Shown: in pieces, positions 62,374 to 64,000 of the stretch
Numbering within the stretch: position 1 is the first letter of the stretch
Layout of the letters: the number at the start of each line of letters is the position of its first letter
Assembly (NCBI GenBank): GCA_030704615.1
Contig: CM060731.1
Location: 87,916,001-87,980,000, forward strand
Direction: 5' to 3'
Source of the DNA: Takakia lepidozioides
Taxonomy: Eukaryota > Plantae > Bryophyta
DNA: 64,000 nt
Notes under the pieces: model-generated
Seen by the model: only the letters and a program-made list of their open reading frames with translations
Databases searched by the model: none
What the model was told of the DNA's origin: nothing
Made by a program: the position numbers and the translations under genes

Positions 62374-63750
62374 ATGGAGGAACTAACAAACTATACGCTC
62401 GCAATATTACTTACGCAGTGGCATAGGGACGGAAGAACAGAGCGGATCTTTTCTCTTAATCGATGCTTGCAAGCCCCGCATGCTTACAAGAAATTACCCA
62501 TAGCTTTTTGTGGCAACCATACGTTTATGCTTTGTGCCCTGCAGGCATTTCTTCAATTGTTACAGCCAAAACCTTTCTGTGGGTCTAGAATGAAGAGAGT
62601 GAGAGGAATGGAAGAAATCAGGGTGAAGAGCACCACAATCCTGCATAAACAAACGATTGCTACTCCACAGGCGGTACAGTTATTGAAGGAGCTGCGATTG
62701 GAAGGATTGCAAAGCAAAGATTGGACATTGCACCATAGACAGTACATGTTACAATTCTTGCAGAACTTTGAGCCTAGGACAAGAGCAACAATGGTGAAGG
62801 GAGTTGAATTAGAAATTACTCCCCTATACCTACAGCAATTGTTTGAATTGCCATCAGGTCAGATGCATGTGGAGGAGCACAGGGCAAGACTGCAAATAGG
62901 GGACTTATTCCAACAAGGGAGTTTCTTTAAAACTCAGGGTTATGCTTGTACCAAGGCCGTCTACCCAGGGCTAAAGGAGGTAGGCCAGGTATTGAACGTT
63001 CTGTTTGCCATGAAACAAAACCAACAGTATTTGAGCAGATCCTTCACAGAGGAAATACTCAAAGCCCTGAGAGGAGAAGAGGTAGCATGGGCGGACATAA
63101 TGTACAACGCACTGGTAGAGGAGATGAAAAGATTACAGGGCACTGCCGCAAAGTTTCCTATCATAGTGTATGGCCCAATCATTGCTCCAATAATTCTTGA
63201 TTCTTGCATACTTGATGCTCGGGAAAGAAAAGAGATGGGAGTGTTTGAGACTGAAACCACTGCAATGGAAGAGCAAGGCTCTTCACACAGTGAGGGTGGA
63301 CTGGCAGGGCAACCCCAGACTAAGAGACAGAGGCGGGGAAAGACTGTAGTGGCGGATCCACTGGCTTCACGAAAACCGCACGATAGTGTTTCCCAAGCTC
63401 TTGTGCAGGAAGGGGCACAACAGCACAGAGAACTGCTATTATTGGAAGCAGGACCTTCAGAGAGGGAAGAGGAAGTTACTTCAGTATCACAGCCATCACA
63501 GTCAGATGATCGGCTTGTCACAGAGTTACCACAAGTTGTCCATGCAGTTCCACTAGAAATAATTGATTTGGAGAAAGAAGGGTTAGATATTCCCACTACA
63601 GAACAGGTGGTGGCAGAAATTGAGAAGGGGGACCTTCTCTATGAATATTCTGGTCTGGTCAGAGAAACAGTGATTCCGGAGGTGCAACGGTTGTCCAGGG
63701 GAAACCCTGCGGTGCATATAATACACACACTTGTGACGGAGGTACCATAG
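62374..63750 (+). CDS. Extra ORF 3' of integrase, typical of Athila/Tat-group elements (putative plant transposon protein); real start may be 62590
   Basis: 458-aa open frame; QFLQNF..VKGVELEITP..LFELP..GEEVAWADIMY resembles such accessory ORFs. Confidence 0.55.
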   Translation: MEELTNYTLAILLTQWHRDGRTERIFSLNRCLQAPHAYKKLPIAFCGNHTFMLCALQAFLQLLQPKPFCGSRMKRVRGMEEIRVKSTTILHKQTIATPQAVQLLKELRLEGLQSKDWTLHHRQYMLQFLQNFEPRTRATMVKGVELEITPLYLQQLFELPSGQMHVEEHRARLQIGDLFQQGSFFKTQGYACTKAVYPGLKEVGQVLNVLFAMKQNQQYLSRSFTEEILKALRGEEVAWADIMYNALVEEMKRLQGTAAKFPIIVYGPIIAPIILDSCILDARERKEMGVFETETTAMEEQGSSHSEGGLAGQPQTKRQRRGKTVVADPLASRKPHDSVSQALVQEGAQQHRELLLLEAGPSEREEEVTSVSQPSQSDDRLVTELPQVVHAVPLEIIDLEKEGLDIPTTEQVVAEIEKGDLLYEYSGLVRETVIPEVQRLSRGNPAVHIIHTLVTEVP

Positions 63751-64000
63751 GTAGAATGTCAAGACACTGCAGCACCGGTGACGGATGAAGTGGTTCAGGA
63801 AGAAAATCTGGTGGGGCAATGGCCTGAGTGGTTCGTGAGGCATCACACTATTGAGGATCAGGGAGAACAGCAGCAAGCTCACCATGATGACCCTCAACAG
63901 GCCATGCTTATGAGTTCCATAAGCAGGACACTTAATTTGTTGGGCACTTATGTCAAATCCTATGTTCCAACTACCCAATTGGCAGCTTTGAGGGAGGAAC

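Overview
Eukaryotic, spliceosomal-intron-containing DNA made almost entirely of nested and rearranged transposable elements. The TE families suggest a non-seed land plant (inference). No ordinary host gene is recognisable. Left to right: a 5'-truncated LINE with a 20-bp TSD; a SET-domain ORF next to CACTA transposase relics; a solo LTR; a Ty3/Gypsy integrase ending in a PHD finger; a tRNA-derived SINE; a hAT transposase split by a ~7.9-kb inversion; a chromovirus with both LTRs; and a second Gypsy element interrupted by two head-to-head Mutator-like (MULE) elements (41041-60227). Four copies of this MULE family (GCM-like, DDE and SWIM transposase) are present in all. Main discovery candidate: the two large MULEs carry a divergently oriented, intron-containing cargo gene. 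It has a ParB/Srx-like domain (WDGNHR) and, in the copy retaining its 3' end, a beta-class N6A/N4C DNA methyltransferase fold. Cargo and transposase are separated by arrays of 22-bp palindromes spaced ~52.5 bp apart. A homologous exon of the same cargo gene, with its own different palindrome array, lies next to the unrelated hAT transposase. All domain calls come from motif recognition by eye; no searches were run. Many ORFs have 1-bp frameshifts that may be partly assembly errors.
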